This document shows positions 12,054 through 24,078 of a stretch of 58,025 nucleotides of DNA, one piece after another (position 1 is the first letter of the stretch; every line of letters begins with the position of its first letter). This DNA comes from Carcharhinus longimanus (Eukaryota), in contig JASCQW010000061.1 in the NCBI GenBank assembly GCA_030264375.1, forward strand, positions 123,105,175 through 123,163,199. Reading direction: 5' to 3'. The notes under the pieces are model-generated. The model was not told the origin of the DNA. It worked only from the letters and a program-made list of their open reading frames with translations, and did not search any database. A program made the position numbers and the translations under genes.

Positions 12054-12352
12054 GGGGTAGCACAGTAGATAGCACTGCTGCCTCACAGTGCCAGGGACCC
12101 AGGTTTGATTCCTGGCTTGGGTGACCGTGCGGAGGTTGCATGTTCTCCTCATGTCTGCGTGGGTTTCCTTTGGGTGCTCCAGTTTCCTCCCACAGTCTGT
12201 AAGATATGCTGGTTCGGTGAATTGGCCATGCTAAATTCTTCCTCAGTGTACCCAAACAGGTAGCAGAGTGTGGCAGCTAGAGAATTTTACAGTAACTTCA
12301 TGCCGGTGTTAATGTAAGCCTACTTGTTACATTAATAAATTAACTAAAACTA
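12054..12352 (+). mobile_element. HE1-type V-SINE (alternative tail B)
   Basis: Same head and V-domain; tail ttttacagtaacttcat..gtgttaatgtaagcctacttgttacattaataaa. Confidence 0.92.
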
Positions 12353-12699
12353 GGTTCAGGTTCAGGTATCCTATTTTAACCCAAAGTTGGGGTCCTGAAA
12401 CAAATGAGAAAATTATGTGGACAATTATTGCATTTTCCTAAAATGTTTACAATTTTGGATAAAAACCTTTCAAGGATAATGTGGTGAGGCTGAGAAACTT
12501 AGAAATATTTACGATAAATTTATTTTGGACTTTCAGATTTGTCATTTTATATTTATCAATGTGCATTGACCATCTCAGGGGCTGACTACCTGACTGTAAA
12601 CATCAGTTTATGAACTTGGCAAATAAATTAAGCTTTTCTTAGTTAACACTTGCGTGAAGCAAATTTCAGAAGTGTTTTTGTTTCTCTCAACATTCAGTG

Positions 12700-13420
12700 G
12701 CACATGTTTCTGATGCGGGTCCCATTCACCAGTTGTAGATTCTGTGGGAAATCCATTTCACATTCATGGGGGAAGCCTGACTGATTTAAATGTCTCTCGG
12801 AGACTCCACTGGCCAGCGCGGGGCCTCTCCTTTCATTCCGAACGCTATTTGTAGAAATTCTGCCTGTCAAGAGCTGCCAGTCAGCCAATCAGCTGGTCAC
12901 AAAAGATCTTCACCAAAGGTCGCCATGGAATCCAGGCAGGATGGGGGACGTGGGAGAAGGTCACAAGAGATGGCGGGTGGGAGAGGGGCAAGGGACAGGT
13001 GGCTTTCAGTCCCTTCACCTCCTTCCTGGTGCAGAACCTTTCAGTCAGGCTCTGGGTGCCCCTGCAAGCTCACTGGAAAACCCAGTGGGATTTGTTGGGC
13101 AGCCTTTTGGAGGCATTGGAAAGCCATGTAACTCCCATTAAACCCTTGAGCTAATAACACTGGGCTCAGAGAGGATTGTTGTCATCTGGCTTATTAATGA
13201 ACCTCAATGAAAATCTGCTGTGAGCAGACGAGTTTCCCACATGGACCCTTCCGTTTCAGCCTTCATTGCGGAAGGCTTTCCCATTACCTGAGAAATGGAA
13301 GCACAGCCTGTCCTGTGATGAAATGGCCACCGTGTTGACCACCCTGACTGGCTGGATTCACTTCTACCCAATGAATCAGTCAGCATGAGTCAATCCATTC
13401 AGATCCTAGATATTCTCCTC
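12700..13420. mobile_element. Degenerate Harbinger-like non-autonomous element
   Basis: GC-richer block sharing subterminal motifs (gcgggtcccatt, tggccaccgtg, ttcccattacc) with other TIR-bounded elements here. Termini are not cleanly resolved. Similar blocks at ~5500-6190, ~7780-8990, ~28280-29160 and ~34365-34640. Confidence 0.4.
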
Positions 13421-13879
13421 ACAGCCCTGCATCAGTCCTCTCCTCGCTGTTCTTTATATTCTGAACCATTTTCCAACCTCATGCTCCTCCTTTTCTTTCT
13501 TTGGGAATTACAATGAACTGCAAATCCGCTCCCTTAGAGACATCCTATTTATTCTCGGGCTTGGTGGATTGACAGCTGTGTCATGGATGACCTCCCTCTG
13601 TCATTTTGTATCACGACAGCCACACTTTCCTCAGAGATTCTGCATTTCTTGACTTTTAATCAATGATTGTTACTGTCCATTAATGACTTGCTGCTGTATC
13701 TTAAACAGCAAGTGAAAAGCCCATTGAGACACAGAATGCTTCAAGCAGCGGGCAAAGATTACCGGTGGTTATTTCTGTAAACTTATCTCATTTAGCTTTG
13801 TGTATGATCATCTAAAATGTTCACCGGTAACTTCCAACCTTGCCCACAGCTGGGATTCTCAAGTTTGCGGTGAATGGAT

Positions 13880-14225
13880 CACAGAAATCATAGTATTGTA
13901 GAATCCAGACAGTGCAGAAAAGGCCATTTGGCCCAGTGAGTCTACACCGACACTCTGAGAGAGGGTATCTTACCCAGCGTTCAGCGTTCACCCCCACCCC
14001 CCCGCCACCTGTCGCCGCCCCCGCTCTATCCTGTAGCCCCTCACATTTACCATGGCTAATCCACCTAGCCTACATGTCTTTGGAGTGTGGGAGGAATCCA
14101 GAGCGCCTGGAGGAAATCCACACAGACATAGGGAAAACCTGCAAAGTCCACACAGACAGTCACCCAAGGCTGGAATCAAACCCGAGTCCCTGGCACTGTG
14201 AGGCAGCAGTGGTAACCACTGTGGC
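13880..14225 (-). mobile_element. HE1-type V-SINE (HER1/CR1-type tail)
   Basis: Reverse-complement head (ccctggcactgtgaggcagcagtggtaaccact), V-domain, and tail tagaatccagacagtgcagaaaaggcc. Confidence 0.92.
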
Positions 14226-14267
14226 TGAAAAACAAATTCTCCATTCCAACTGGCAGCGAGGGTGGGG

Positions 14268-14525
14268 CAACCATTCAACATAGTCATGGCTGATCTCACC
14301 TCGGCCACATCTCCACATTCCTGCCACACCCCATAATCCTTGATCCAACTACAATTTAAAAATCTATCTTCAAATTTGTTTAATGTTCCAAAGTCCACTG
14401 CACTTTGCAGTAGAGAATTCAACAAATTCACACCCATTTGAGTAATTCCTCCTAATTTCTGTTTTAAATCTGCCACACTTTAAAATTATGGCCTCTTATT
14501 TCTAGAATGTCCAGCAAAGGCAAAC
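14268..14525 (-). mobile_element. CR1-type LINE 3' fragment
   Basis: NLLNSLLQSAVDFGTLNKFEDRFL..IKDYG; tail ccattcaacatagtcatggctgatctc. Confidence 0.82.
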
Positions 14526-14526
14526 A

Positions 14527-15195
14527 TTGTAGTGAACATGTCGGATTGTCTTAGCCTCCTCAGAATGTAGAGGGGTTTGTGGGCTTTCTTAACTATAGCC
14601 TTGGTGTGGAGGGACCAGAACAAGTTGTTGGTGATCTGGACACCTAAAAACTTGAAGCTATTGACCATTTCCATTTCATTTCTATTGATGGAGACAGAGT
14701 AATGTTCTCCACGATGCTTTTTGAAGTTGATGACTATCTCCTTCATTTTAGTGATATTGAGGGAGAGATTATTGTTGTTGCACCAATTCACCAGATTCTC
14801 TACCTCTTTCCTCTATTCCATCTTATCATTATTGTGGTGTCACCAACAAACTTGAAAATCGAATTAGAGGGGAAATTTTGCTAAGGGGCTGAGGACACAG
14901 CCTCATGGGGCACCGGTGTTGAGGATAATTGTGGAGGAGGTGTTGTTGCCTGTCCTTACAGATTGTGATCTGTGGATTAGGAAGTCTAGGACCTAGATGC
15001 AGAGGGAAGAGACAAGGCCCGGGCTACGGAGTTTGAGGATGCATTTTGTAGGAATAATGGTGTCGAAGGCCGAGCTGTTATCAATAAGTAGGCGTTTGAA
15101 ACAAGTGTCCTTGCTACCAGGTGTTCCAGGATTGAGTGTAGGGCCAGGGAGATGGCATTTGCTGTGGACCTGTTGTGGTGATAGACAAACTATAG
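14527..15195 (-). mobile_element. Rex1/Babar-like LINE reverse transcriptase fragment
   Basis: NWCNNNNLSLNITKMKEIVINFKK..VNSFKFLGVQITNNLFWSLHTKAIVKKAH..LYILRRLR; upstream STIILNTGAP*GCVLSP and LDFLIHRSQSVR. Confidence 0.88.
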
Positions 15196-16670
15196 CGCAT
15201 GGATATCCTGCCCCAAATACCCGAAGATCTGAAGGTTGAGAATCAGCTGTTCAATGACTTGAAAACCCATGGCAGAAACTTAAGTGGAGATCATTCTTGA
15301 ATCAAGAAAAAGCTGATGACAACAGAAAACATACAGGAATTTGCAGCTATAACTGTATCTCAAGTGCTTTGAAAAGCCTTTATTTCATCATGATGTGTGT
15401 CTTCTAAACCTTCTTTTCAAGAGCCTTCGTGCATCCAGCAGTTACTGCAAAAACTAACAATGGAAACAGTAACTGGTTTGATTTCCAGCTGTCCTGCTTG
15501 CTAATTATTCTTTTAATTGCTCCTCAACTAATTTGACAGCAACCATTAGTGTTTGTGATTAAGTTACAGTGCAAAATCAAGCAAGCATTAACTATGCCCA
15601 AGGTTGATTTCCTGCCCAGATTTCAATTTTCCTGCAGCAATATTTCAGCCTAAGTGCTAAAATGCGATGGAAAATCTAACAATTGCTATTGAATAAGAGA
15701 TCACTTCTATTAAGTGGATGTAATTCTGGCTCGTATAATTTGCAGTTACTCTTTTATATACTCAGAAAGTCTATTGATTACATAACCACATAATTATCAA
15801 CTGCGACGTTTGTTTTAACTGTGTAGAACTAACGATAGCCCTGAACTGACTGACTGCTGATGTCAGTCAATGATGCTTAAAGCGATCAATCTTTGTCTGA
15901 TATTTTAGCAGAGGAATTAATTCACTTCAGATAAGTGGGCTATTGATGCATTAAAACAGTGAACAATGGGATGACCATGAATGTATCAAAAGTTCTTCTA
16001 AAGATATAGCAAAACAGTCATTTCTAACTTTGAAATATTGTCTTGGGTGAGTGATTCTGTTAGGATTACTATCTATTGTAGCACAGTTTGCCCAAACTTG
16101 GTCAAATCAATGTGAAAGATGAAGGAATTTCATGCAGAAATTATGTTCTGAGCATGAGTTTGAAATGTAGTGTGTCAAAACTTGGCAACACTCACAAAAT
16201 TGGCCAAACTCCCAGATCAAATTATTCACCGTTATGAGTTTTTGCCCATTGCAGTCATTTGTGGGCTTTTTGAGAAGGCTTCTAAAATTATGCTTCTTTG
16301 ATGCATTAGGTTGTTAATGGCCCTGTTTATTAGAGATATGGAGGCTATTTTATCCATTGTAACCATGCTGGCTCACCGTAGCTCAATCCAGTTTATTTGC
16401 ACTCTCTCATTCGATGCTGGTTATCCTGTAGGTTTATTTCCTTCAAATGTCCATCCAACTTCCTTTTGAAAACCTTGGGCAGAATTCTCTGATGGCCCTT
16501 TCAGTGAGTTCAGTGGTGGACAGGGAATAATTTAGCAAGAGCCCAAAAATAATTTTTATGTCAGCCTGAATTTCCTGCAGGATCTTCTGTTGGTATCTGT
16601 GCCAGGAAACCCATCACAGGCCAGCGTGAAACTGATTTTCGTCCCTCTGATGGGATGCTGATGGATGCTT

Positions 16671-17009
16671 CACAGAATTGTAGAACCCTACAGTGTACAA
16701 AGAGGCCCTTCGGCCCATGAAGTCTGCACCAACCACAATCCCACCAGGCCCTACACCCATATATATTTTACCCGCGAATCCCTCGAACCTAAGCATCTCA
16801 GGACACTAAGGGGCAATTTCTTAGCATGGCCAATCAACCTAACCTGCACATCTTTGGACTGAGGGAGGAAACTGGAGCACCTGGAGGAAACCCACGCAGA
16901 CACGAGGAGAATGTGCAAACTCCACACAGACAGTGTCCCGAGCCGAGAATCAAACCCAGGTCCCTGGAGCTGTGAAGCAGCAGTGCTAACCACTGTGCTA
17001 CCGTGCCGC
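16671..17009 (-). mobile_element. HE1-type V-SINE (HER1/CR1-type tail), well preserved
   Basis: Full head ..gcagcagtgctaaccactgtgctaccgtgccgc, V-domain with CpGs retained, tail tagaaccctacagtgtacaaagaggcccttcggccc. Confidence 0.95.
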
Positions 17010-17059
17010 TTGATCAGAATCTTCCACCTGTGCCCGATTCCCTGTGACATCAGTGGGAA

Positions 17060-17191
17060 GTCTGACAACACCAGGTTTTAGTCCAACCGATTTATTCGAT
17101 AGTAAACTCACAAGCTTTCAAGGGGACTGAAACCTGGTGTTGTCAGACTTTTTACTGTGTTTACCCCCGTCCAACGCCGGCACATCCACAT
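17060..17191 (+). mobile_element. Penelope-like mini-insertion with inverted 5' terminus and exact 12-bp TSD
   Basis: catcagtgggaa at 17048-17059 and 17192-17203. Inverted arms 17058-17084 / 17124-17150. The 3' end ..tccaacgccggcacatccacatc is shared with 36135-36914. Confidence 0.88.
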
Positions 17192-18697
17192 CATCAGTGG
17201 GAAAACAGGCCGGTTTAGAACACATTTGGAACAACATGGTGTACGGAAGTCTGGACTCACCTGAACAATGCCTGGGGTTGTCTCTGGAGTTCGGGATGGA
17301 GACTGCCAGTAACCCTGGGTCGGGGAAGCATTTACATGCAGATGTTCCAGATCACAATGTCATCCAACAGGTCTATCTTCCGGCTCCAGAATGTTTCCAG
17401 ATATCCATCATCTTTTTCAGGAGGTCCATCTTGTTTTTTCAATGGGTGGGTCAGTAATGTTGGGCACCTTTTCAATATGGAGCTCAAATATGTTGGCAGG
17501 ATCCCCAACATGTCCATCCTGCCACGGAATACAGCAGTAAACCCCTGAATGCATAATTAATGAGGTCAGGAATGGGTGATACGGCATGATTTCATATCGA
17601 CCTTGGAGTCGGAAACACTCACCATTCTCAATCCCACTCTAGGATTTAATCTCAGATTGGAGAATTCCACCCACTGATTTTTTTCCACATCCACCAGGGT
17701 GGAACCCATTATTGTCATGGGTAATGTGTTCCAGTGTCATTACCACTCGTTGCATAAAAATGTTCTTCCTCACATTCCTTCTTTACCTCTTACCCATCAA
17801 ATCCCAGCTGCTTCTCTTTTGTTTTAAGAAGAACAGAAAACATTTTTAAAACATGTAATTGTGAAACTGATTGTTGTACACAAATGTAACTTATAAATGG
17901 TCCTATACAGTTTTTCAAAAAAAAAAATCAGTTAATAATGATCCAGTTCCCAGCAGTGAACAAGAAACTGATTAAAAAGGCACAGGTTAGGAATACAGTT
18001 CCACATCGCTACTGGAACCAGCAACACAGAAGCTGCAGAATATCTGCATGTGCAGTCCTTCCTTCATCACTTGTGTGATACCTCAAACTGCGAATATAGG
18101 CTGCCATGGACATGCTGTTGCTGCTTTGAATGTGGGCCCACTCACCAAATATGCCAAAAAGCCATTCTTGTGATCTGATGTATGTTCTTGAAACTTGGAT
18201 CACACGGGTCAGCTGAAGGCATGTGCCATCTGCTGACACAGCACCATGCACTCAGCTGCACAGGGGAACCCCAGCCCTCCCTCCCACTCCTCTTATATAA
18301 ATTCAGGTATCATCCTGAATGGAAGGTGATTCTACTAACTTATGTAATTGTAAAGTTTATGGAAGTGCAGTGTTTTTAGAGGTGTTGTGAATTTCCAGAT
18401 TTGCACAGGGAGGGCAGAGAATTTGGTGATATATTTTCACAAAGGCTGCAGTGGACATGGGGGCAATGATGGGAATATGAACACTGTGTGAGGGCAGCAG
18501 GTTTACGCTGCATGGAGCCACTACCATTCCCATGAGGCATGTAATGTGTTGGAGGACAGATTGCTGGAGCTTGGAGAGCCTGTATGGCAATGAGTATGAA
18601 TCTCATTACCTCTGTCTGAACTTGCACTGTAGCACTCAGACCCTGGGAGGTTTCTACCTGTGGTCACAGTGGAAGCTGCAGCTGCAGCTGTCAAACT

Positions 18698-19332
18698 TTT
18701 TGATTTGATTGAATATTGTCATTTAAGTTTAAAGTTAAATGTTTATTTATTACTGTCACAAGTAGGCTTACATTAACACTGTAACGAAGTTACTATGAAA
18801 ATCCCATAGTTAGCACACTCTGGTGTTGGTTCTTGAACACTGAGGGAGAATTTAACATGGCCAACGCACCCTAACCAGCACGTCTTTCGGACTGTGGAAG
18901 AAACTGCAGCACCCAAAGGTAACCCACAGACACGGGGGGACACCACACAGACAGTGACCCAAACCGGGAATCAAACCCGGGTCGGTGGTGCAGTAAGGCA
19001 TCAGTGCTAACCAATGTGCCACTGTGCACCCTCCATCCTGCCTCTATGTATTGCTATACAGCAAAAAGTTTTGTTATTGCATACGATATAGACAAAGCAT
19101 ACCTTTCATGTTGAGGTATGTGGAGTCCTTGATTATGCTGGCTACTTTTCCAAGGTAGTGGGAAATGTAGATAGAGTCAACGGATGGGAGGCTGGTTTGC
19201 TTGATGGACTGGGCTAACTTCACAACCCTTTGTAGTTTCTTGTGATCTTGGTCAGATCAAGAGGTATACCAAGCTGTGATGCATCCAGAAAGGATACTTC
19301 CTATGGTGCACTTGTAAAAATTGCTGAGAGTC
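18698..19332 (-). mobile_element. Rex1-like LINE 3' fragment, interrupted by the HE1 at 18724-19031
   Basis: 19115-19330 is the reverse complement of the sequence at 30520-30720 (ccagcataatcaaggac, cctcccatcc.ttgactct). Terminal (tttga)n repeat plus attgtca at 18698-18721. Confidence 0.78.
18724..19031 (-). mobile_element. HE1-type V-SINE (alternative tail B) inserted in a Rex1-like 3' tail
   Basis: ttatttattactgtcacaagtaggcttacattaacactgtaacgaagttact (tail B, reversed), then V-domain and head. Confidence 0.9.
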
Positions 19333-19499
19333 ATAACACAGTCGAGACATTTCATGAAGGGTCAGTCAGTAAGTATAATTATGGTGTTAAACATTTCCAG
19401 GGTGGGCAACAAGTTCAGTGCAATGCCCTCTTCCATATTGGAGTTGAATTACTCCAGGCTACTTGATAGTAACAATGGGATGTTTGGCAGTTTGGTCAG

Positions 19500-19774
19500 T
19501 GAACCAAGCAGAGCTCACACAGGTCTAAAAGAGAATCTATTTGTCTAGAGCTAAAAGAAACAAAAATAATACAGTTACATTGCTCAATGTAGCCTATGGA
19601 CCACCAACTAGTGAGAAAGATGTAAAGATGCACAGCCTCAAGATAAAGGGAGGAGCGGTTTAGAACGGAGTTGAGGAGGAACTTCTTCACTCAAAGGTTA
19701 GTGAATCTCTGGAATTCTCTGCCCGTTGAAGTGGTGGAGGCTGCCTCGCTAAATATTTTTAAGACGCGGGTTGA
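19500..19774 (+). mobile_element. CR1-type LINE remnant: endonuclease piece joined to the ORF2 C-terminus
   Basis: ESICLEL..TVTLLNVAYGPPTSEKDV (APE domain), followed directly by HSLKIKG..RRNFFTQRLVNLWNSLPVEVVEAASLNIFK. Runs into a gap. Confidence 0.8.
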
Positions 19775-20539
19775 NNNNNNNNNNNNNNNNNNNNNNNNNN
19801 NNNNNNNNNNNNNNNNNNNNNNNNNNNNNNNNNNNNNNNNNNNNNNNNNNNNNNNNNNNNNNNNNNNNNNNNNNNNNNNNNNNNNNNNNNNNNNNNNNNN
19901 NNNNNNNNNNNNNNNNNNNNNNNNNNNNNNNNNNNNNNNNNNNNNNCATTCGGAAACACTGCCTGATCGTGCTGGTTCAAAGCTTTTACATTTGTTGATG
20001 TGCAAATGAGTTTGAGTCAAACCTTGAGCAAAAAGAGACACACTTTCAAAACTTTCGCAATTTTTATCCAGATCACCAACTACACCACAATCTGAATCTC
20101 TGAGCCAAGATCAAGAGACTGATGTTCTCAAAATTATTTTAAGTGAAACCAAATCAAATTTGAATGAATCCTTTATCTTTCCTCACTGGATTTAATCCTC
20201 AGACTTGTCACCACATTTCACTGTCATCACAGAATCAAATCAGTTCTCAAATAGTGTGAATAATACATTGGCATTGTTAAGACAAAGAGTGCCTATTCCT
20301 CCAAAGACAAAATATTACAAGTAATGAAAATCTGAAATACAAACGTAAAGTGCTGTGGCGATTCAACAATTCAGACAGCATTGGTTGAGAGGGAAACACA
20401 TTGCAGATATGTGACTTTTCATCACAACCGGAAGATGCTCCAGATGTAATAGGTTTAAAGCAAGCACAGAGTGTGTGCAGGACATGAGAACAAATGATAA
20501 GGTTGCTTGGCATATATGGATGGTAAGTCGAGCCCTGGG

Positions 20540-20900
20540 CAGAATTGGGACACAATTTTCAGAGGAGATGAGGCCAGCTGAAGATGTAACAGAATGAGTG
20601 GTGACATCCCTTGAGGTGACAGTGAGTGAGATCCTTGTGAACATGTGCTGGGCCGGTGAGTGTGTCATCATGGTGTGCCTCGATTGCCTCAGTAGTGAGC
20701 TGTCGCTGAATTTGGGTGCAGCATGTTTTCTGTCTCTGGCAGCTGCATCTTCACTGGAACTGTCCAAGGCTGCAGAGTGTAAATGTTGTGCAGGGGCACT
20801 ATTTGAATATTGCAGCTTGAGTTAAGAAGGTCAAGGTGGGGCTGATGCATCAGATGCCATGCTCCCCACGGGTGGAGCATCATTTTTTACGCCTGTTAAC
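20540..20900 (-). pseudogene. Possible Harbinger Myb/SANT ORF remnant
   Basis: Minus translation AAARDRKHAAPKFSDSSL resembles the (R/K)xRAPRFSD start of Harbinger Myb/SANT-like proteins. The rest is decayed. Confidence 0.4.
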
Positions 20901-20908
20901 ACACTTAG

Positions 20909-21036
20909 TGGGATGGATTTTCCTGTTCTGCCCACCATGGGGATTATAGCAGGTGAGGGTCTGATTATGGAAAGGTCTGTTGACTTTGGGCAGGATTTTC
21001 CAATTTCAGGGCAAGCGTAGCCGGGAAATCCCAACC
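20909..21036. mobile_element. Harbinger-type MITE
   Basis: gggatggattttcc ... gggaaatcccaacc imperfect TIRs. Related short elements at ~9017-9124, ~24670-24795, ~50033-50150 and ~56038-56145. Confidence 0.6.
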
Positions 21037-22364
21037 ATTATGTTCCATGGAAAATCTTGGTCAACTACTTCAAGGGAAGTAAATCTGCCATCCTTACCTG
21101 GTCTGGCCTACATGTGACTTGTGACCCACAGCTTGACTCTTCACTTCCCTCTGTAATGGCTGAGCAAGATAGAAAACCTCTGAATAGAATATATATTTTT
21201 AATTGAATTGTAAATTACAAGAATAAACATTCAGAATTTAAATGGATGCCTACATTTAGTTGAGTATGCAGAAAGAAATATTATCACAATGAAACAAGAG
21301 AAATAATCTTTGAACCATTGAACCCAATGAAATCCACTAAAGCTCACTGACCCCGGGCTATATTTGATTCAAAAGCAATTTTACAGAAACAATTTTCTCT
21401 CAGCACGATTTCACTCTTTCACATTCTATCTCTGTACCATAATCTTCCTCATCAGTTTCCAAATTTCTAGGTACATTGGCAACTTGCCCTCATTCGAAAA
21501 TTCCATTCTCTCCAGATTTCTGTTCTCAAATTCAACCAATGGGCAGACAGATACCATATCAGAAAATGAAATGTTTTTTTTGTCACTGACTGGACTAACT
21601 GTAGAGATTTCCCCTCAATAGACAGTGATCTCAATATCAACAATAATGACTAAACTACTCTCAAAATCAGACAATGCAAGACAATGCAGCAAATTTAGCT
21701 GCCCAGTGCATGTATTTTAATTTCCATTTTTTTATTGAAATAGTAAGACAATTTACAAGTTTGATTAATGCTGGAATGATTGTTCCTTGGTAGAGCTTGC
21801 GTGCAGAGCTGTTAAGATTCCAAACTGGATTGTGGATTGTTCACCTGAACCACCATTTTATGCCAAAACATAAGTTGATCGAATAAAACCAGCTCTATCT
21901 CTCACATAGACTGTGAGGATAGCAGTTATTTATTCTGCTATCCTCTTGTCTTCTCCTTCCATTCCCTGCTCCGAGATTTCTCTTTTTCTTTGCTCCGCTG
22001 ACCTGGCAGGAAGATTCAGGATTACGAGCAGGAAGGTTGATAAAGCAGGGTAAGTAGATCATGAGTGTAGAGGTGGGAGATGTGAGCTATGTCTACAATA
22101 CACTTCAGAGGGTCAGAAGTGAGGTCTGTAAATGGATTTCATGGGTGCAGAGGGATTCCTGATTTTATTTATGAAGGACTTGAATCTTAATCATCACATT
22201 TATTATTGCATAAATTTATGATTGTGCTTCACACCTCTTTATCTTTCAACTTTTAGGTCAATTAAACCATCAATTAATTGAAATAAAGAATTAACATTAA
22301 TGATTTGAAAGTCCTTGATAATGTTGGAAGGTTGTGTAATTCTGTGGGGTGGAAATACATGCAC

Positions 22365-22612
22365 AAAAAGGTCTGTACTCAGAGTTTAGAAGGCTGAGGG
22401 GGGATCTTATAGGGACATATAAGATANNNNNNNNNNNNNNNNNNNNNNNNNNNNNNNNNNNNNNNNNNNNNNNNNNNNNNNNNNNNNNNNNNNNNNNNNN
22501 NNNNNNNNNNNNNNNNNNNNNNNNNNTCAGCCATGATCTTATTGAATGGCGGGGCAGGCTCGAAGGGCTAGATGGCCGACTCCTGCTCCTATTTCTTATG
22601 TTTTTATGTTCA
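22365..22612 (+). mobile_element. CR1-type LINE 3' fragment spanning a gap
   Basis: GLYSEFRRLRGDLIGTYKI; tail tcagccatgatcttattgaatggcggggcaggctcgaagggc..ctcctgctcctatttcttatgtt. Confidence 0.88.
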
Positions 22613-23583
22613 AGAAGCAGAAAAAAAACCTGAATTAAATTGTAGGTATATTAACTGACCGCGAGCATTCGACTCTTGTGCTCTTAACAGGTTAGTGAAC
22701 AGACAGTTTAGTAAAAAGGGACGTATGGGAGCATGTTCCCAACTTTCAACTGTCAGGAAAATAGAAATCCCAAGGTGGCCTAAATCACAAGTATATGCAA
22801 ATTAGCTTGACAGGGAAAAAAGGGAATAAAAGTGGCAGTGGAAGCAGAGATCCCAAGACACTAACTAGTCAATAGGTTGTTTTAAGATGACAATGCAGAT
22901 ACTTTAATGATACTTTGTAGTCACAATAATAGCACTCACCTCATGATGTGAAAACACAAATTTAAAGAACAAAGAAAATAACCTGTGTTCTGATTGACTC
23001 GGGCACAAAGTATGTCAGTAGGGAAGACTACTAATTATAGTAGCCACTACACTACTGCATAGAACTTGAAAACATGGTTGGAAAGTTATTTTTAGATAAA
23101 AGTTATTTTGTACAATTTCAATACACTAGCAATTTTTTTATTATTTAACCATATCAATCTTAAGCTGCATTACTTCCTTTTCAATTATCATAAGCCTATA
23201 CATTTTCCTGCCAGTCTCACTCCAGCAATTTTGCAAGGTAACAAATGTGAAATAAGTGATTATTTATGTTTCAGTGAAGGTTAGTCAGAATATCATTAAA
23301 AAAGCCCCAGTAAGCGGATTTCTTATTCTACGCTGGGGTAAGCTATAAAATCTTTCATGCTCGTGACATATCTGGAATATATTAAGGGTATTAATGTATT
23401 TAAGTCAGGGAAACAATGAAATGTTGACTGTATTTAGTGCATTATAAGATATTTTGAGACAAGCATTCAGACAGTCATAACAAGTTATCCTTAGAAATAA
23501 GACAGTGCCAGTATTCTCTTCACAATGTTCTTAATACTTTGTGAGTATTTTGGAAATATTATACATAATTAATCTTCACTACC

Positions 23584-23908
23584 TATAAATCATACAACCC
23601 CACAGTGCAGAAAAAGGCCCTTCGGCCCATCGAGTCTGCACCGAACACAATCCCACCCAGGCCCTATCCCCATATCCCTACATATTATACCNNNNNNNNN
23701 NNNNNNNNNNNNNNNNNNNNNNNNNNNNNNNNNNNNNNNNNNNNNNNNTTTGGACTGTGGGAGGAAACCAGAGCACCCAGAGGAAACCCACGCAGACATG
23801 AGGAGAATGTGCAAACTCCACACAGACAGCGACCTGAGCCAGGAATTGAACCCAGGACCTTGGAGCTGTGAAGCAGCAGTGCTAACCACTGTGTTACCGT
23901 GCCACCCT
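23584..23908 (-). mobile_element. HE1-type V-SINE (HER1/CR1-type tail), spanning a gap
   Basis: Head ..gcagcagtgctaaccactgtgttaccgtgccaccc; tail acagtgcagaaaaaggcccttcggcccatcgagtctgc. Confidence 0.94.
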
Positions 23909-23939
23909 ACTTAAAAGGAAAGTAATTTTGTTCACTTTG

Positions 23940-24078
23940 GGGTGAATGGGATCAAAGGTTATGGGGACGAAGCAGGATTAGGCGATTGATGTTGGATGAT
24001 CAGCCATGATCATGATCAATGGTGGGGCAGGTTCGAGGGACTGAGTGGTCTCCTCCTATCTTCTATGTTTCTATGTTG
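23940..24078 (+). mobile_element. CR1-type LINE 3' tail
   Basis: gggatcaaaggttatgggga..gatcagccatgatc..ctcctcctatcttctatgtttctatg. Confidence 0.85.

Larger units (their letters stand above)
16477..17672. mobile_element. Harbinger-like non-autonomous element hosting a nested HE1 SINE and a Penelope mini-insertion
   Basis: Termini gggcagaattctc ... gagaattccaccc are imperfect TIRs of the same type as the MITE at 1864. No matching TSD seen. Confidence 0.55.

Noticed and set aside
16930-17009. tRNA-like A/B boxes
   Set aside because: This is the SINE head, continuous with the V-domain; not a tRNA gene.
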